Positions 9,654 to 23,635 of a DNA stretch of 25,502 nucleotides are shown here, one piece after another. Location: IMG/VR virus record IMGVR_UViG_2734482545_000002; one strand, 5' to 3'. Position numbers and translations under genes: made by a program. Position 1 is the stretch's first letter. Every line of letters starts with the position of its first letter. The stretch comes from a virus. Its lineage: Duplodnaviria > Heunggongvirae > Uroviricota > Caudoviricetes. Below the pieces are notes generated by a model, which searched no databases, was not told where the DNA came from, and worked only from the letters and a program-made list of their open reading frames with translations.

Positions 9654-10213
9654 TTGTCGGTATACCTCTCTCGTTTGCTCAGTTGTTCAGGAATATGGTG
9701 CAGCAGCTCGCCGTCACCACAGTAAATGGCGGCATGATTCGGCACCGATGAACCAAAACAGCACAGCAGCACATCGCCCGGCTGCGCCGCTGACAACGGC
9801 ACCTGATACAGCCCTGTGGCCTCCAGATTATCCAGATAGAGATTCTGACCGTGACGCCACCAGTCATCCTCACGATGAAAATCCGGCATCTCAATCCCCG
9901 CCAGATGGTAAGCATCCCGGAACAGCGTGTAACAGTCCGTCACCCCGTGCTCAAAGCGCCGCCCGGTAAGATGTGGCACACAGCGGAACTTGTGAATCGC
10001 CCCCCGGCAGACCAGCCACCACGGCAAATCACTCTGCACCTGCAGCCGCCGGTCGGCCTCACTCAGCCAGGGCAGACCACCGTCCGGCTCACCGGAGATA
10101 TTCACGCAGGGGAAATATCTTTCCCCCTCCGGCGTTCTTACCACGAAGCCGCACGACTCCGCTGGAGCACATCGCCGGGCGTGCGCCAGAATCGCTGATT
10201 CTGTCTCTGTCAT
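9551..10213 (-). CDS. K: Tail assembly protein K (NlpC/P60-type peptidase fold), 220 aa as called
   Basis: Sequence ...AHARRCAPAESCGFVV...HIPEQLSKRERYTDKWQRRTHSLWRHRAW... recognised as gpK family. ATG at 10213 directly follows the L stop; the true start could be internal. Confidence 0.85.
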   Translation of the reverse strand: MTETESAILAHARRCAPAESCGFVVRTPEGERYFPCVNISGEPDGGLPWLSEADRRLQVQSDLPWWLVCRGAIHKFRCVPHLTGRRFEHGVTDCYTLFRDAYHLAGIEMPDFHREDDWWRHGQNLYLDNLEATGLYQVPLSAAQPGDVLLCCFGSSVPNHAAIYCGDGELLHHIPEQLSKRERYTDKWQRRTHSLWRHRAWHASAFTGICNDLAAASTFV

Positions 10214-10218
10214 GGGAT

Positions 10219-10917
10219 TTACTGCGAAAGTTTGTTAATGGAAAGGAAGCCGCCAAAGTTGCCGACGTTATTGCGAAACTTACAGCCACTCAGGCATTTG
10301 CTGCATTTATCCTTCGTGATGTCGGACGTTGGCTGGTCATATTCATCCGCGACCGCCGGACCGTGATAACCGCACTCATCGCCGCGATAGGTCCAGGTGC
10401 AGGTGTTGGCCAGCATGATACGTCCCGGAAAAACAGCGCCATCTGTTTCCGTCGGCGTGGACAGTACAAAAGAGGCACTCACCGCGCTCAGTTCGCTGCA
10501 CTGCTCAATGCGCCAGCGGCTGATCACCTCCTGCTCCGGATCGGCGTCACTGTTTCCGTTGACGAAGTTCACCGCATCCAGAAAACGGGCGTAAACCTTA
10601 CGCCGGACCACCGTTCCGCCGACCAGACTCTGTAGATCTTCCGCCATCCCGGTGACCATACCGTACAGGTTAGAAACCATCAGCGTGGGGCGCGTACTGG
10701 TGCCTTTGCCATTCAGTTCAAAACCACTCCCCTGAATGGGATACGGCTGATACTGTCGCCCCTGCCAGGTGACCGGCTCACCTTTTTCGTTCTGCTCATT
10801 ACAGAAAAAATAACGTTCTCCACCGACCTCTGTCAGATCGATTTCCCAGAGCACCACGCTGGCCGACTGCTCCGCACGGGTGCATTCATTCAGTGTTTCC
10901 TGCCGGATATCCTGCAT
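10219..10917 (-). CDS. L: Minor tail protein L, 232 aa
   Basis: Length and sequence (MQDIRQETLNECTRAEQSASVVLWEIDLTEVGGERYFFCNEQNEKGEPVTWQG...) match lambda gpL. Start overlaps the M stop. Confidence 0.92.
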   Translation of the reverse strand: MQDIRQETLNECTRAEQSASVVLWEIDLTEVGGERYFFCNEQNEKGEPVTWQGRQYQPYPIQGSGFELNGKGTSTRPTLMVSNLYGMVTGMAEDLQSLVGGTVVRRKVYARFLDAVNFVNGNSDADPEQEVISRWRIEQCSELSAVSASFVLSTPTETDGAVFPGRIMLANTCTWTYRGDECGYHGPAVADEYDQPTSDITKDKCSKCLSGCKFRNNVGNFGGFLSINKLSQ

Positions 10918-11246
10918 CAGTTCACCACCTGTTCAAACTCTGCGCTGAACTCAACACGCAGCATACTGACCCGCGACGACCATTTTGCGCAGGTCACCTT
11001 TATCTGCCGCCACTCATAAGGCGGCGTCCACAGAAAGGCTTTCCAGCCCCCGTGCTCTTCCAGAAACGACTCCAGTACCATGGCCTCCTCACGGGGGACA
11101 GAAAGCGTCACGCTGTACGTTTTCAGGTTGGCATTCAGCCCGGCAGGCGCTCGCTGGGAATAGCCATCACCAAAGCGCACCTTTCTTACAGAAGGGGCCG
11201 AAGCCACATCCATACCGGGTTTCACTTTCCAGCGGAAGGTTTTCAT
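10917..11246 (-). CDS. M: Minor tail protein M, 109 aa
   Basis: MKTFRWKVKPGMDVASAPSVRKVRFGDGYSQRAPAGLNANLKTYSVTLSVPREEA... matches lambda gpM. Overlaps the H stop by 4 nt. Confidence 0.92.
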   Translation of the reverse strand: MKTFRWKVKPGMDVASAPSVRKVRFGDGYSQRAPAGLNANLKTYSVTLSVPREEAMVLESFLEEHGGWKAFLWTPPYEWRQIKVTCAKWSSRVSMLRVEFSAEFEQVVN

Positions 11247-13804
11247 CGTCCACCTCCGGAGAACAGGCCACCATCACGCATCTGTGTCTGAATTTCATCA
11301 CGGGCACCCTTGCGGGCCATGTCATACACGGCCTTCATCATCTGTGGACCTGGCAGACCATTCGTACCGTCGTTCTGAATCACCACGTGATTGTTCTGAT
11401 TAAAATTAATGCCTTCAGCCCGCCGCATCTGCGCCGGACTTCCGGCACCGCCCACATAACCACCTTCCGCATAGCCGCGCATCAGCCGGTAGAGATTCCC
11501 CACGCCAATCCGGCTGGTTGCCTCCTTCGTGAAGACAAATTCACCACGGTGAACAATCCCCGCTGGCTCATATTTGCCGCCGGTTCCCGTAAATCCCCCG
11601 GTTGCAAAATGGAATTTCACCGCAGCGGCCTGAATGGCTGTACCACCTGACGCGGATGCGCCGCCACCAACAGCCCCGCCAATGGCGCTGCCGATACTCC
11701 CGACAATCCCCACCATTGCCTGCTTAAGCAGAATTTCTGTCATCATGGACAGCACGGAGCGGGTGAAGCTGCGCCAGTTCTGTTCACTGCCGGTCAGCAT
11801 CGCCGCCATATTCTGTGCAATACCATCAAAGGTCTGCGTGGCTGCACTTTTAACCTGTGACATACTGTCCGTGGCGCTCTCTTCCCACTCACTCCAGCCG
11901 GACTTCAGGCCTGCCATCCAGCTCCCGCGAAGCTGGTCTTCAGCCGCCCAGGTCTTTTTCTGCTCTGACATGACGTTATTCAGCGCCAGAGGATTATCGC
12001 CATACTGTTCCTTCAGGCGCTGTTCCGTGGCTTCCCGCGCTGCCTGCCGGTCAGTCAGCCCCCGGTTTTTCGCATCAATGGCTGCCCGTTTTGCCCGTTG
12101 CTGCTGTGCGAATTTATCCGCCTGCTGCGCCAGCGCATTCAGGTGCTCCTGATACGTAACCTTGTCACCAAGTGCAGCCAGCTGGCGTTTGTACTCCAGC
12201 GTCTCGTCTTTATGCGCCAGCAGGGATTTCTCCTGTGCGGACAGCTGGCGACGTTGTGCCGCCTCCTCCAGTACCGCGAACTGACTTTCTGCCTTCCACA
12301 AATCCCGGCGCTGCTGGCTGATTTTCTCATTCGCTCCGGCATGCTTCTCCAGCGTCCGGAGTTCTGCCTGAAGCGTCAGCAGGGCCGCATGAGCACTGTC
12401 TTCCTGACGATCGCCCGCATACACCTTCACGCCGGACTGTTTCGGCTTTTTCAGCGTCGCTTCATAATCCTTTTTCGCCGCCGCCATCAGCGTGTTGTAA
12501 TCTGCCTGCAGGATTTTTCCGTCTTTCAGTGCCTTGTTCAGTTCTTCCTGACGGGCGGTATATTTCTCCAGCGGCGTCTGCAGCCGTTCGTAAGCCTTCT
12601 GCGCCTCTTCGGTATATTTCAGCCGTGACGCTTCGGTATCGCTCTGCTGCTGCGCATTTTTGTCCTGTTGACGCTGTTGATCTACCCTCTTTTGGGCTGC
12701 ATCCCGCTCCAGGCGTTTTTTTTCACGATCATCCCAGTAACGCGCCCGTGCTTCATCGTTAACGAAATAATCATCCTTGCGCAGATTCCAGATGTCGTCT
12801 GCTTTCTTAAACGCAGCCTCTGCCTTAATCAGCATCTCCTGCGCGGTATCAGGACGACCAATATCCAGCACCGCATCCCACATGGATTTGAATGCACGTG
12901 CAGTCCTGTCTGCCCAGGTCTCCAGCGTGCCCATGTTCTCTTTCAGGCGGCGGGTCTGGTCATCAAACCCTTTCGTTGCGGCCTCGTTCGCCGCCTGCAA
13001 TGCCCCGGCTTCATCGCCGGAACGCTGCAACTGAGCAACATACGCAATCTGCTCCGCCGTCACGTTATGGAACTGGCGTGCCATCGCCGTCAGCCCCGAC
13101 GTCGGGTCTGTGGTCAGCTTCCCGAAGGCTTCAGCGACCTTGTCCACCTCCACGCCGGATGCATAGGAGAAACGCGCCACACTCTGGCTGATGGACGCAA
13201 TCTGAGCCTCACCGCTTACCCCCGCCTTAACCAGTGCGCTGAGTGACTCGCTGGTCTGGTTAAACGTCAGCCCTGCCGCCTGCCCGGCTCTGGACAGGAC
13301 CAGCATACGATCTGCCGTCAGTCCCGCCTGATTACCGGAAAGGACCAGCGTTTTGTTGAAATCGGACAGGGTTGAGTTGCCCTGATACCAGGCATACGCC
13401 AGCGCACCGGTCGCCACCGCCAGCGAGGTGGCCCCCACCATCGGCAGGGTGATCGCGCCGGCAAGCCCCCTGAACATGGGGATCATCCCGCCGAAGGAGT
13501 CCTTAACCTGACCACCCTGTTGCAGCAGGATCAGCCAGGGATTCTGCCCCCCTGCAAGCTGCGTGGCCACGTCGGTGAACTGTGCAGGCAGCATACGCAT
13601 GGCGGCTTTATACTGCCCGACGGAAATCCCCGCTTTCTGTGCAGCCAGCGCCTGTCGGCTCAGCGACTGTTCAACGACTGCCGCTGTTTTTTTCGCATCA
13701 CTTTCCGTACCGGAAAAATGACGCCTGACTCTGGCCATCTGCTCGTCAAATCTGGCCGCATCCAGACTCAAATCAACGACCAGATCGCCTACCGGTTCAG
13801 CCAT
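11243..13804 (-). CDS. H: Tail tape measure protein H, 853 aa
   Basis: Same length as lambda gpH, with the same N-terminus (MAEPVGDLVVDLSLDAARFDEQMARVRRHF...) and Gly-rich C-terminal region. Confidence 0.93.
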   Translation of the reverse strand: MAEPVGDLVVDLSLDAARFDEQMARVRRHFSGTESDAKKTAAVVEQSLSRQALAAQKAGISVGQYKAAMRMLPAQFTDVATQLAGGQNPWLILLQQGGQVKDSFGGMIPMFRGLAGAITLPMVGATSLAVATGALAYAWYQGNSTLSDFNKTLVLSGNQAGLTADRMLVLSRAGQAAGLTFNQTSESLSALVKAGVSGEAQIASISQSVARFSYASGVEVDKVAEAFGKLTTDPTSGLTAMARQFHNVTAEQIAYVAQLQRSGDEAGALQAANEAATKGFDDQTRRLKENMGTLETWADRTARAFKSMWDAVLDIGRPDTAQEMLIKAEAAFKKADDIWNLRKDDYFVNDEARARYWDDREKKRLERDAAQKRVDQQRQQDKNAQQQSDTEASRLKYTEEAQKAYERLQTPLEKYTARQEELNKALKDGKILQADYNTLMAAAKKDYEATLKKPKQSGVKVYAGDRQEDSAHAALLTLQAELRTLEKHAGANEKISQQRRDLWKAESQFAVLEEAAQRRQLSAQEKSLLAHKDETLEYKRQLAALGDKVTYQEHLNALAQQADKFAQQQRAKRAAIDAKNRGLTDRQAAREATEQRLKEQYGDNPLALNNVMSEQKKTWAAEDQLRGSWMAGLKSGWSEWEESATDSMSQVKSAATQTFDGIAQNMAAMLTGSEQNWRSFTRSVLSMMTEILLKQAMVGIVGSIGSAIGGAVGGGASASGGTAIQAAAVKFHFATGGFTGTGGKYEPAGIVHRGEFVFTKEATSRIGVGNLYRLMRGYAEGGYVGGAGSPAQMRRAEGINFNQNNHVVIQNDGTNGLPGPQMMKAVYDMARKGARDEIQTQMRDGGLFSGGGR

Positions 13805-14635
13805 ACCGGACTCCTCCTGCGATCCCTTCTGATACTGTCATCAGCATTACGTCATCCTCCGTCATGTCCGCCACATCCGGGGAAGCGGGGATAACTTCAT
13901 TCCCGTCCGGGCCAAAGCGGACACCTCCGGCAAGCCCTGCCGCTTTCTGCATCAGCACATCATCTTCAGGCTCTTCGTCAGCCTCGCGCCGGTTCAGCAG
14001 ACTGAAATCCAGCGGATGCATCTCCGGATCGCTGAAAAACAGGCTGAGCACGGTGTACGTCAGCCCGGAAAAGTGCATATCCAGCAGAACATCATGAAAA
14101 TAATGGGTACTGTAAAAGCGGTGCCAGTCGGCATACTCCGTGGATGACATCCCGGCAAGCATGGCGCGCCAGTCGGGTCGCCCCATCTCACGCGCCAGTT
14201 TCAGGGCAAAACTCAGCTCACCGTCGAACACTTTCCCGCAGAAACAGGCTCTGCAGGCCCGGCGTCCTCTGCCTGTTCAGGAGCATCATTCACCACAAAC
14301 TCATACATACCGGACAGCCGGTACACCACGTTTTCAGCATGAGAAATTGCCTCTGTGGGCCAGGTGGTAAGCACTTCCTGCTCAATCTGTTTAACGGCTT
14401 CATTCATGGACGGCATCTGCGTCTTCTTCGGATGGTTATGCCACAGGGACATCGCAACCACAAAAGCGCCGGTTCTGATGGCGTCTTCCACAGTAAACTT
14501 CCGGTTGCTGTCTGACTCCGCCTGTTCTGCCTGCCGTTTCATCAGGTCGAGATGCTCAATACGCTGCAGGGCTGACAGTTCAGAAAGCGTGACGGTCACA
14601 CCGTTATGTTCAAATGATTCGGTTTTCAGGAACAT
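13797..14635 (-). CDS. G-T: Tail assembly chaperone G-T fusion, made by programmed -1 ribosomal frameshift from G (14213..14635) into the T frame (13797..14231)
   Basis: G ORF ends ...SAGKCSTVS-stop. The -1 frame continues VFDGELSFALKLAREMGRP... (track ORF 13797..14231). The slippery heptamer GGGAAAG sits at the junction. Confidence 0.85.
14213..14635 (-). CDS. G: Tail assembly chaperone G, 140 aa
   Basis: MFLKTESFEHNGVTVTLSELSALQRIEHLDLMKRQAEQAESDSNRKFTVEDAIRTGAFVV... matches lambda gpG. ATG at 14635..14633. Confidence 0.9.
   Translation of the reverse strand: MFLKTESFEHNGVTVTLSELSALQRIEHLDLMKRQAEQAESDSNRKFTVEDAIRTGAFVVAMSLWHNHPKKTQMPSMNEAVKQIEQEVLTTWPTEAISHAENVVYRLSGMYEFVVNDAPEQAEDAGPAEPVSAGKCSTVS
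14231..14237 (-). promoter_or_regulatory. G-T programmed -1 frameshift slippery site (GGGAAAG on minus strand)
   Basis: Plus strand 14231-14237 is ctttccc, reverse complement GGGAAAG, located 5-6 codons before the G stop exactly as in lambda. Confidence 0.85.
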
Positions 14636-14650
14636 CGCTGACTCTCCGGA

Positions 14651-15391
14651 TTAACTGGCGGTGACGTTGATTTCTGCAACCGCAGCAAACTCACCATTAC
14701 CAGATACGACCGGAATGTTGACCTTGCCTGCAGCAACACCTTTCACGGTGATGGTCATACCACTGACCGACACGGTGGCTTTTGTTTTATCCGCAGACAC
14801 CGCACGGAAGCTCTTGTCGGTTGCGCCATCCGGCTGGAATGCCACGGTCAGCGTGGTGCTCTGCCCTTTCACTACGGAAGCACTGGCGGGTGTCACCGTC
14901 ATGCCGGTCGTCGCCGTCACCGTGCTGCGATCTTCTGCCATCGACGGACGTCCCACATTGGTGACCTTCACCGTGCGGGTAATCACCTCCTTCGCCGTCA
15001 CCGCCTTACCGATACTGCTGACCCAGCCACGGAACACATCGACCGTGCCGTTCGGGAAGCGGATTTTATAGGCACGGGTATCACCTTCATTAAACCACGC
15101 CAGCAGCGCCTGCTGCCCCTGCTCTCCGGGCATCCACGCCAGCGTGAAGCTGGTATCTCCGGCAGATTTCTGCCCCTGCCCGGTCGCAGTCCAGTCTGCA
15201 TCTTCATCATCGAGATAGCTGTCGTCATAGGACTCAGCGGTCAGTTCGCCGGGCGTCAGGTCTTTAACTTTTGCCAGACGCGACCAGTCAACGTCTGAAA
15301 GCGGGTTCGCATAAGGGTCACCGCTCCCCTTATAAACCCACAGGGTGGTCCCGGCACCTTTCACCGGCATTGTAGGATTTGGTACAGGCAT
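14651..15391 (-). CDS. V: Major tail tube protein V (with C-terminal Ig-like domain), 246 aa
   Basis: [44 protein letters not shown]... matches lambda gpV. Start chosen at ATG 15391..15389, preceded by a GAGGA Shine-Dalgarno, rather than the track's upstream ATG at 15421. Confidence 0.92.
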   Translation of the reverse strand: MPVPNPTMPVKGAGTTLWVYKGSGDPYANPLSDVDWSRLAKVKDLTPGELTAESYDDSYLDDEDADWTATGQGQKSAGDTSFTLAWMPGEQGQQALLAWFNEGDTRAYKIRFPNGTVDVFRGWVSSIGKAVTAKEVITRTVKVTNVGRPSMAEDRSTVTATTGMTVTPASASVVKGQSTTLTVAFQPDGATDKSFRAVSADKTKATVSVSGMTITVKGVAAGKVNIPVVSGNGEFAAVAEINVTAS

Positions 15392-15398
15392 AGCGTCC

Positions 15399-15794
15399 TC
15401 ACATTTCATAGATAATGACATAAGTCAGATCGGCTGAACTCCACAGGCCCGCATCATCGTCGCGCCGGTAGTCATAGCCGCTGGCCACCATACTGGTGAT
15501 CAAATCTGACAGTGCCGGGATATCGCTCATCACAGGATAAATCCGGGACTCCATCCACGAATCCAGCTCTGAATCCGGCACCTGAGCAGGCAGGAAAACT
15601 TCAATATGCAGCTCCGCCTGCCAGGTATCGCTGTCCAGCTCTTCGCCCGTGTATTCAGCGCCGGTGAGATAAACGGCAATTGCCGGAAAATCTTCCTCAT
15701 CAAAAACAGCGGGGCGACCATCAAAAAGCGTCGCCCCGGTGTCATGCTTCTCCAGTGCATCCAGTACGGCTGCACGGAGTTCAGTATGTTTCAT
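15399..15794 (-). CDS. U: Tail terminator protein U, 131 aa
   Basis: [54 protein letters not shown]... matches lambda gpU. Confidence 0.92.
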   Translation of the reverse strand: MKHTELRAAVLDALEKHDTGATLFDGRPAVFDEEDFPAIAVYLTGAEYTGEELDSDTWQAELHIEVFLPAQVPDSELDSWMESRIYPVMSDIPALSDLITSMVASGYDYRRDDDAGLWSSADLTYVIIYEM

Positions 15795-16369
15795 CGCTTT
15801 ATTACCATTCTCAGTTGATGCTGCAGCGCATAGCCCAGCTCTTTCGGAAGACGTTCACGCCGTATCCGTTCAATATTCTGTTTAAACGCCGTGGTCAGCG
15901 GCACCGCCATCGGGATTTTCACCACATCAATGGGGTAACGGTTTTTCCCGGCCACACGCTGCATAACATGCCACCGGCCGTTTTTCAGTTGCTGAATAAA
16001 CGCGCCGGGAATACGACGGTTACCCACCACAAGCACGCTGCCGCCACCTTTCAGGGATGAACGCTGCCCCTTTTTATGACGCCTGCGGCGGGACAGGACA
16101 ACCCGCGCATTACCCAGCTTGATTACGGGCAAATCCCCCCGGTTAACTTTGATTCTGGCCTGCGGATTTTTGACCGTGGCCCTTTTCAGCCTGGCCCTTT
16201 CCTTTACCAGTTTCCGGCGTACCTTTGTCTCACGGGCAACCTGTGACGCAGACTGCGATATCGCGGATGAAGCAACGCGGTTAATGGCCATTGCGGCGGC
16301 ACCGGGCACCGCCGTTTTGCTGATACGGCTGAGGTTTTCAACGGCCTGCTCAAGACCTTTTATGGCCAT
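15791..16369 (-). CDS. Z: Tail completion protein Z, 192 aa
   Basis: MAIKGLEQAVENLSRISKTAVPGAAAMAINRVASSAISQSASQVARETKVRRKLV... matches lambda gpZ. Overlaps the U start by 4 nt. Confidence 0.92.
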   Translation of the reverse strand: MAIKGLEQAVENLSRISKTAVPGAAAMAINRVASSAISQSASQVARETKVRRKLVKERARLKRATVKNPQARIKVNRGDLPVIKLGNARVVLSRRRRHKKGQRSSLKGGGSVLVVGNRRIPGAFIQQLKNGRWHVMQRVAGKNRYPIDVVKIPMAVPLTTAFKQNIERIRRERLPKELGYALQHQLRMVIKR

Positions 16370-16380
16370 ACATCCCCCTT

Positions 16381-16734
16381 TCAGCGGCGACGGTTAACGG
16401 CAGGCGGTACGCCCCGTCCAAGCCAGAGATGACAACTTCCGCCATCATCCGGCGAAACCCGATCTACCCAGAAATTTTCCTCACCGATGGTCAGCGTGTC
16501 TCCACGCCGCAGCTGCCGCACCTCATCAGTCCGGACAAACAGGGACGGGCTGGAGCCTTCAACGCGCACGCCCTGTCCGGCATAGCTGATATTTTCAGGG
16601 TCATCAAAAACACCACGTATCACCGCACCTGACTGCTCACCGGATGTCATGGTGGCTGACGTTCCCATGTACCCGCGTATCGTTTCATCGGCGCGGGCAA
16701 TGGCAGCATCGAACAGGTTATCGAAATCAGCCAC
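16381..16734 (-). CDS. FII: Head-tail connector/joining protein FII, 117 aa
   Basis: MADFDNLFDAAIARADETIRGYMGTSATMTSGEQSGAVIRGVFDDPENISYAGQGVRVEGSSPSLFVRTDEVRQLRRGDTL... matches lambda gpFII. Confidence 0.92.
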   Translation of the reverse strand: MADFDNLFDAAIARADETIRGYMGTSATMTSGEQSGAVIRGVFDDPENISYAGQGVRVEGSSPSLFVRTDEVRQLRRGDTLTIGEENFWVDRVSPDDGGSCHLWLGRGVPPAVNRRR

Positions 16735-16745
16735 AGCGCCTCCCG

Positions 16746-17144
16746 TTATTGCATTCTGGCCAGGCCGCGCTCTGTCATTTCGGCTGCCACACCGGCAGAG
16801 ACACGAAACGCCGTTCCCGGCAGCACAAATGCCACAGGTTTATCCCGCGTGGCGTGAAGTGCATCAGTATGCAGCGTCACCAGTGCCACGACCGTGACCA
16901 GTTCAGCCGTATCCTGAATCACGGTATCCGGCTGCGCTGATACCACCTCATTTTCATGCCCGGTCAGCACATTTTCCCGGCTGAGAGGGGTGTCCTGACC
17001 GGCAGTTTCATCCGTGTCATCAAGCTCTTCTTCCAGCTCTGCCACACGAAGCGCCAGTTCTTCTTTCGTTCCCGTCAAACTGACATCGCGGTTCAATTGC
17101 TCACCCAGCTCCTGAAGACGGGCAATCAGTTCATCTTTCGTCAT
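16746..17144 (-). CDS. FI: DNA packaging accessory protein FI, 132 aa
   Basis: MTKDELIARLQELGEQLNRDVSLTGTKEELALRVAELEEELDDTDETAGQD... matches lambda gpFI. Start taken at the internal ATG 17144..17142, preceded by GGAGG; the track's 145-aa ORF starts 13 codons upstream. Confidence 0.9.
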   Translation of the reverse strand: MTKDELIARLQELGEQLNRDVSLTGTKEELALRVAELEEELDDTDETAGQDTPLSRENVLTGHENEVVSAQPDTVIQDTAELVTVVALVTLHTDALHATRDKPVAFVLPGTAFRVSAGVAAEMTERGLARMQ

Positions 17145-17185
17145 GAACTCCTCCACAGAGAGAAAATGGCCCCGAAGGGCCATGA

Positions 17186-18211
17186 TTACGCCAGTTGAAC
17201 GGACACGAACTCATCAGGATCAGCCAGCAGCATCAGCGGTGCTGACTGAATCATGGTGAACTCACGCGCCGGATCGCCGGTGGTCACCCAGTTTTTCGGG
17301 TAACGGGCAGAAGCGTTAATGCCTTCGCGCTGTGCGTCCGCATCCTGAATGCAGCCATAGGTGCGCAGACCGCGAGCCTGAGTGTTCCCCAGCACCATCG
17401 TGTTGTCCGGCAGGAAGTTCTTTTTGACGCCGTTTTCCACGTACTGTCCGGAATACACGACGATGGCCACATCGCCATACATTCCCTTATAGGACACCGC
17501 TTTGCCCAGGTCTTTTACCGCTGTCTCCAGCTCGGAATGAGAGCCGCGACGGGTATCCAGCTTCTCCTTGACGGCTTTGAAGGAACGGAACAGCGCCCAG
17601 CCTTTCGGGTCAAACACGATGATATTCACCACACCGCTGGCGTTCAGCGCGTAGGCTTCGATATCGTCGGTCGGGTCATACGTGGACTTGTCACGCTTGC
17701 TCCACTCCGTGACGCCGGACTGTGTGATGTTGTTCGCCGCACTGCGGCCCATATCCACCTCAACCGGATCGAAGGCTTCACCGGTCATGGTGTATTTGCC
17801 CTTGAGCACGGCAGAAACTGCCTGCATCTCTTCGACCTGAGCAATGGCCAGCTCTTCGTCACGCATGTTCTGCATGATGATGCGACGGCGGCGGTAAGCC
17901 GGGTCCGCCAGATTCTGCGGATCTTCATCCGGCAGGCGACGCAGGGTCATCTGCGGATTCACCTCATGCTTGGGTTTGACATATCCCGGCGTAAATTCAG
18001 AGGTGGAGCCGCCACGGGAACGGATAACCTCACCGGAAACAATCGGCGAAACGTACAGCGCCATGTTTACCAGTCCCGGAATTTGTGAGAGATAGACTTT
18101 CTCCGTAGTGAAGGGATAGCTCTCACGGAAAAAGAGACGCAGAAACAGCGGATCAAACTTAAATTTCTGCTCATTTGCCGCCAGCAGCTGGGCGGTTGTG
18201 TACATCGACAT
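17186..18211 (-). CDS. E: Major capsid protein E, 341 aa
   Basis: MSMYTTAQLLAANEQKFKFDPLFLRLFFRESYPFTTEKVYLSQIPGLVNMALYVSPIVSGEVIRSRGG... is near-identical to lambda gpE. Start at ATG 18211..18209; the track ORF extends 9 codons further. Confidence 0.95.
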   Translation of the reverse strand: MSMYTTAQLLAANEQKFKFDPLFLRLFFRESYPFTTEKVYLSQIPGLVNMALYVSPIVSGEVIRSRGGSTSEFTPGYVKPKHEVNPQMTLRRLPDEDPQNLADPAYRRRRIIMQNMRDEELAIAQVEEMQAVSAVLKGKYTMTGEAFDPVEVDMGRSAANNITQSGVTEWSKRDKSTYDPTDDIEAYALNASGVVNIIVFDPKGWALFRSFKAVKEKLDTRRGSHSELETAVKDLGKAVSYKGMYGDVAIVVYSGQYVENGVKKNFLPDNTMVLGNTQARGLRTYGCIQDADAQREGINASARYPKNWVTTGDPAREFTMIQSAPLMLLADPDEFVSVQLA

Positions 18212-18266
18212 AAAAAAATCCCGTAAAAAAAGCCACACAGGCGGCCTTTAGTGATGAAGGGTAAAG

Positions 18267-18599
18267 TTAAACGATGCTGATTGCCGTTCCGGCAAACACG
18301 GTCCGTTTTTTCGTCTCGTCGCTGGCAGCCTCCGGCCAGAGCACATCCTCATAACGGAACGTGCCGGACTTGTAGAACGTCAGTGTGGTGCTGGTCTGGT
18401 CAGCAGCAACCGCAAGAATGCCAACGGCAGCACCGTCGGTGGTGCCATCCCACGCAACCAGCTTACGGGTGGAGGTGTCCAGCATCAGCGGGGTCATTGC
18501 AGGCGCTTTCGCACTCAATCCGCCGGGCGCGGTTGCGGTATGAGCCGGGTCACTATTGCCCAGCGGCTGGTAATGGGTAAAGGTTTCTTTGCTCGTCAT
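18267..18599 (-). CDS. D: Head decoration protein D, 110 aa
   Basis: [68 protein letters not shown]... matches lambda gpD. Confidence 0.95.
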   Translation of the reverse strand: MTSKETFTHYQPLGNSDPAHTATAPGGLSAKAPAMTPLMLDTSTRKLVAWDGTTDGAAVGILAVAADQTSTTLTFYKSGTFRYEDVLWPEAASDETKKRTVFAGTAISIV

Positions 18600-18608
18600 A
18601 AACATCCC

Positions 18609-19004
18609 TTACACTGGTGTGTTCAGCAAATCGTTAACGGCATCAGATGCCGGGTTACCTGCAGCCAGCGGTGCCGGTGCCCCCTGCATCAGACGATCCA
18701 GCGCAGTGTCACTGCGCGTCTGTGCACTCTGTGGTGCTGCGGCCAGAATACGGCGGGCCGTTTCCACGGTCATACCGGGGGTTTCGGCCAGCACGCGTGC
18801 CTGTTCTTCGCGTCCGTGAGCCTCCTCACAGTTGAGGATCCCCATAATGCGACTGTTTTCTGCCGCAACCGCTGCGGTGATCTGCGCGTTCACGTCCGGC
18901 TGCGCCGCGCTGGCGTTCTCGCCCTCCGTCGCTTGCACCACGCCAGTAACGTCAGCCTGCGAAGCAGTGGCTGAAACAGTTGTTGATTGAGTCTCTTTGG
19001 TCAT
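18609..19004 (-). CDS. Nu3: Scaffolding protein Nu3, 131 aa, nested in-frame in the 3' third of C
   Basis: Internal ATG at 19004..19002 preceded by AGGAGG gives MTKETQSTTVSATASQADVTGVV...LLNTPV, co-terminal with C. This nested arrangement is the known lambda C/Nu3 organisation. Confidence 0.8.
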   Translation of the reverse strand: MTKETQSTTVSATASQADVTGVVQATEGENASAAQPDVNAQITAAVAAENSRIMGILNCEEAHGREEQARVLAETPGMTVETARRILAAAPQSAQTRSDTALDRLMQGAPAPLAAGNPASDAVNDLLNTPV

Positions 19005-19908
19005 TCGCCCTCCTGAGAGACGGGATTTACGTGCATCCAGTGCATCACGCATGACGGTGATCGCATCGGTACTGTTAACAAGTTCATCAGCCAGTCCGGC
19101 ATCAATGGCCTCCTGACCGCTGTACACTGCAGCCTCGGTATCCAGCACAGCCTGCACGGACAGGCCGGTATATGCCGACACCTTCTGTGCAAACATCCGG
19201 CGGGTTGCATCCATCCGGGACTGCAATGTTTCCCGGACATCATCCGGTAGATGGCTGTAGGGGTTGCCATCCACCTTATGGCTGCCGCTGTAAATCAGCG
19301 TGATTTCCACGCCCTGTTTCTCCAGTGCAGCGCCGTAATTACTGTGAGCCATCATGACGCCGATGGAGCCTGTCCGGGCGGTCTGCGTGACCAGACGCCG
19401 GGAGGCGGCACTGGCAAGCAGCTGACCTGCGCTGCAGTTCATGTCATTGGCCAGCGCCCATACCGGCTTTATGTCACGCACACGGGCGATGATGTCAGCG
19501 CAGTCAAATGCTCCCGCCACCATTCCGCCCGGTGTGTCCATATCGAGCAGAATGCCGTCCACCATCGGGTCGCTGGCAGCCTGTTGCAGACGGGCGATAA
19601 TGCCGTTGTAACCGGTCATCCCCGAGTACGGCTGCAGCGCCCGCGTCCGGCTGACCAGCGTGCCGGACACCGGCAGCACGGCGATGCCGTTCATTACCTG
19701 ATAACTGCGGGCCTGTCGTGGTCCGTCATCATCACCGGATAACGCCAGCGCCGCGGGTGCCTCTCCGGCAGTCAGGCTGTCGCCGGATACTGCATCCGTC
19801 AGGCAGCTGATCCCAAGCTGGCCTGCAAGCGCACAAAAGAAAACCCGCGCATAGGCGGGTTCAAGCATCAGCGGCTCATTAAAAGCCATGCTGGCAATAT
19901 GCGGGAGA

Positions 19909-19928
<20 letters not shown>
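18609..19928 (-). CDS. C: Head maturation protease / minor capsid protein C (ClpP/SppA-like S49 family), about 440 aa, GTG start
   Basis: VTAELRNLPHIASMAFNEPLMLEPAYARVFFCALAGQ... matches lambda gpC. GTG at 19928..19926 is preceded by GAGGAGG. The track's 484-aa ORF extension overlaps B and is not supported. Confidence 0.9.

Positions 19929-23609
<3,681 letters not shown>

Positions 23610-23635
<26 letters not shown>

Noticed and set aside
11634-13246. Several 130-190 aa plus-strand ORFs antisense to tape-measure gene H, and 10985..11650 + over M/H
   Set aside because: All lie opposite a conserved 853-aa gene. Their low-complexity Cys/Arg/Leu-rich translations look non-protein-like.
17186-18238. 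N-terminally extended starts proposed by the ORF track for E (18238), D (18605), V (15421), FI (17183) and C (20063)
   Set aside because: Internal starts at 18211, 18599, 15391, 17144 and 19928 have Shine-Dalgarno sequences and give proteins matching lambda lengths. The extensions are longest-ORF artefacts.
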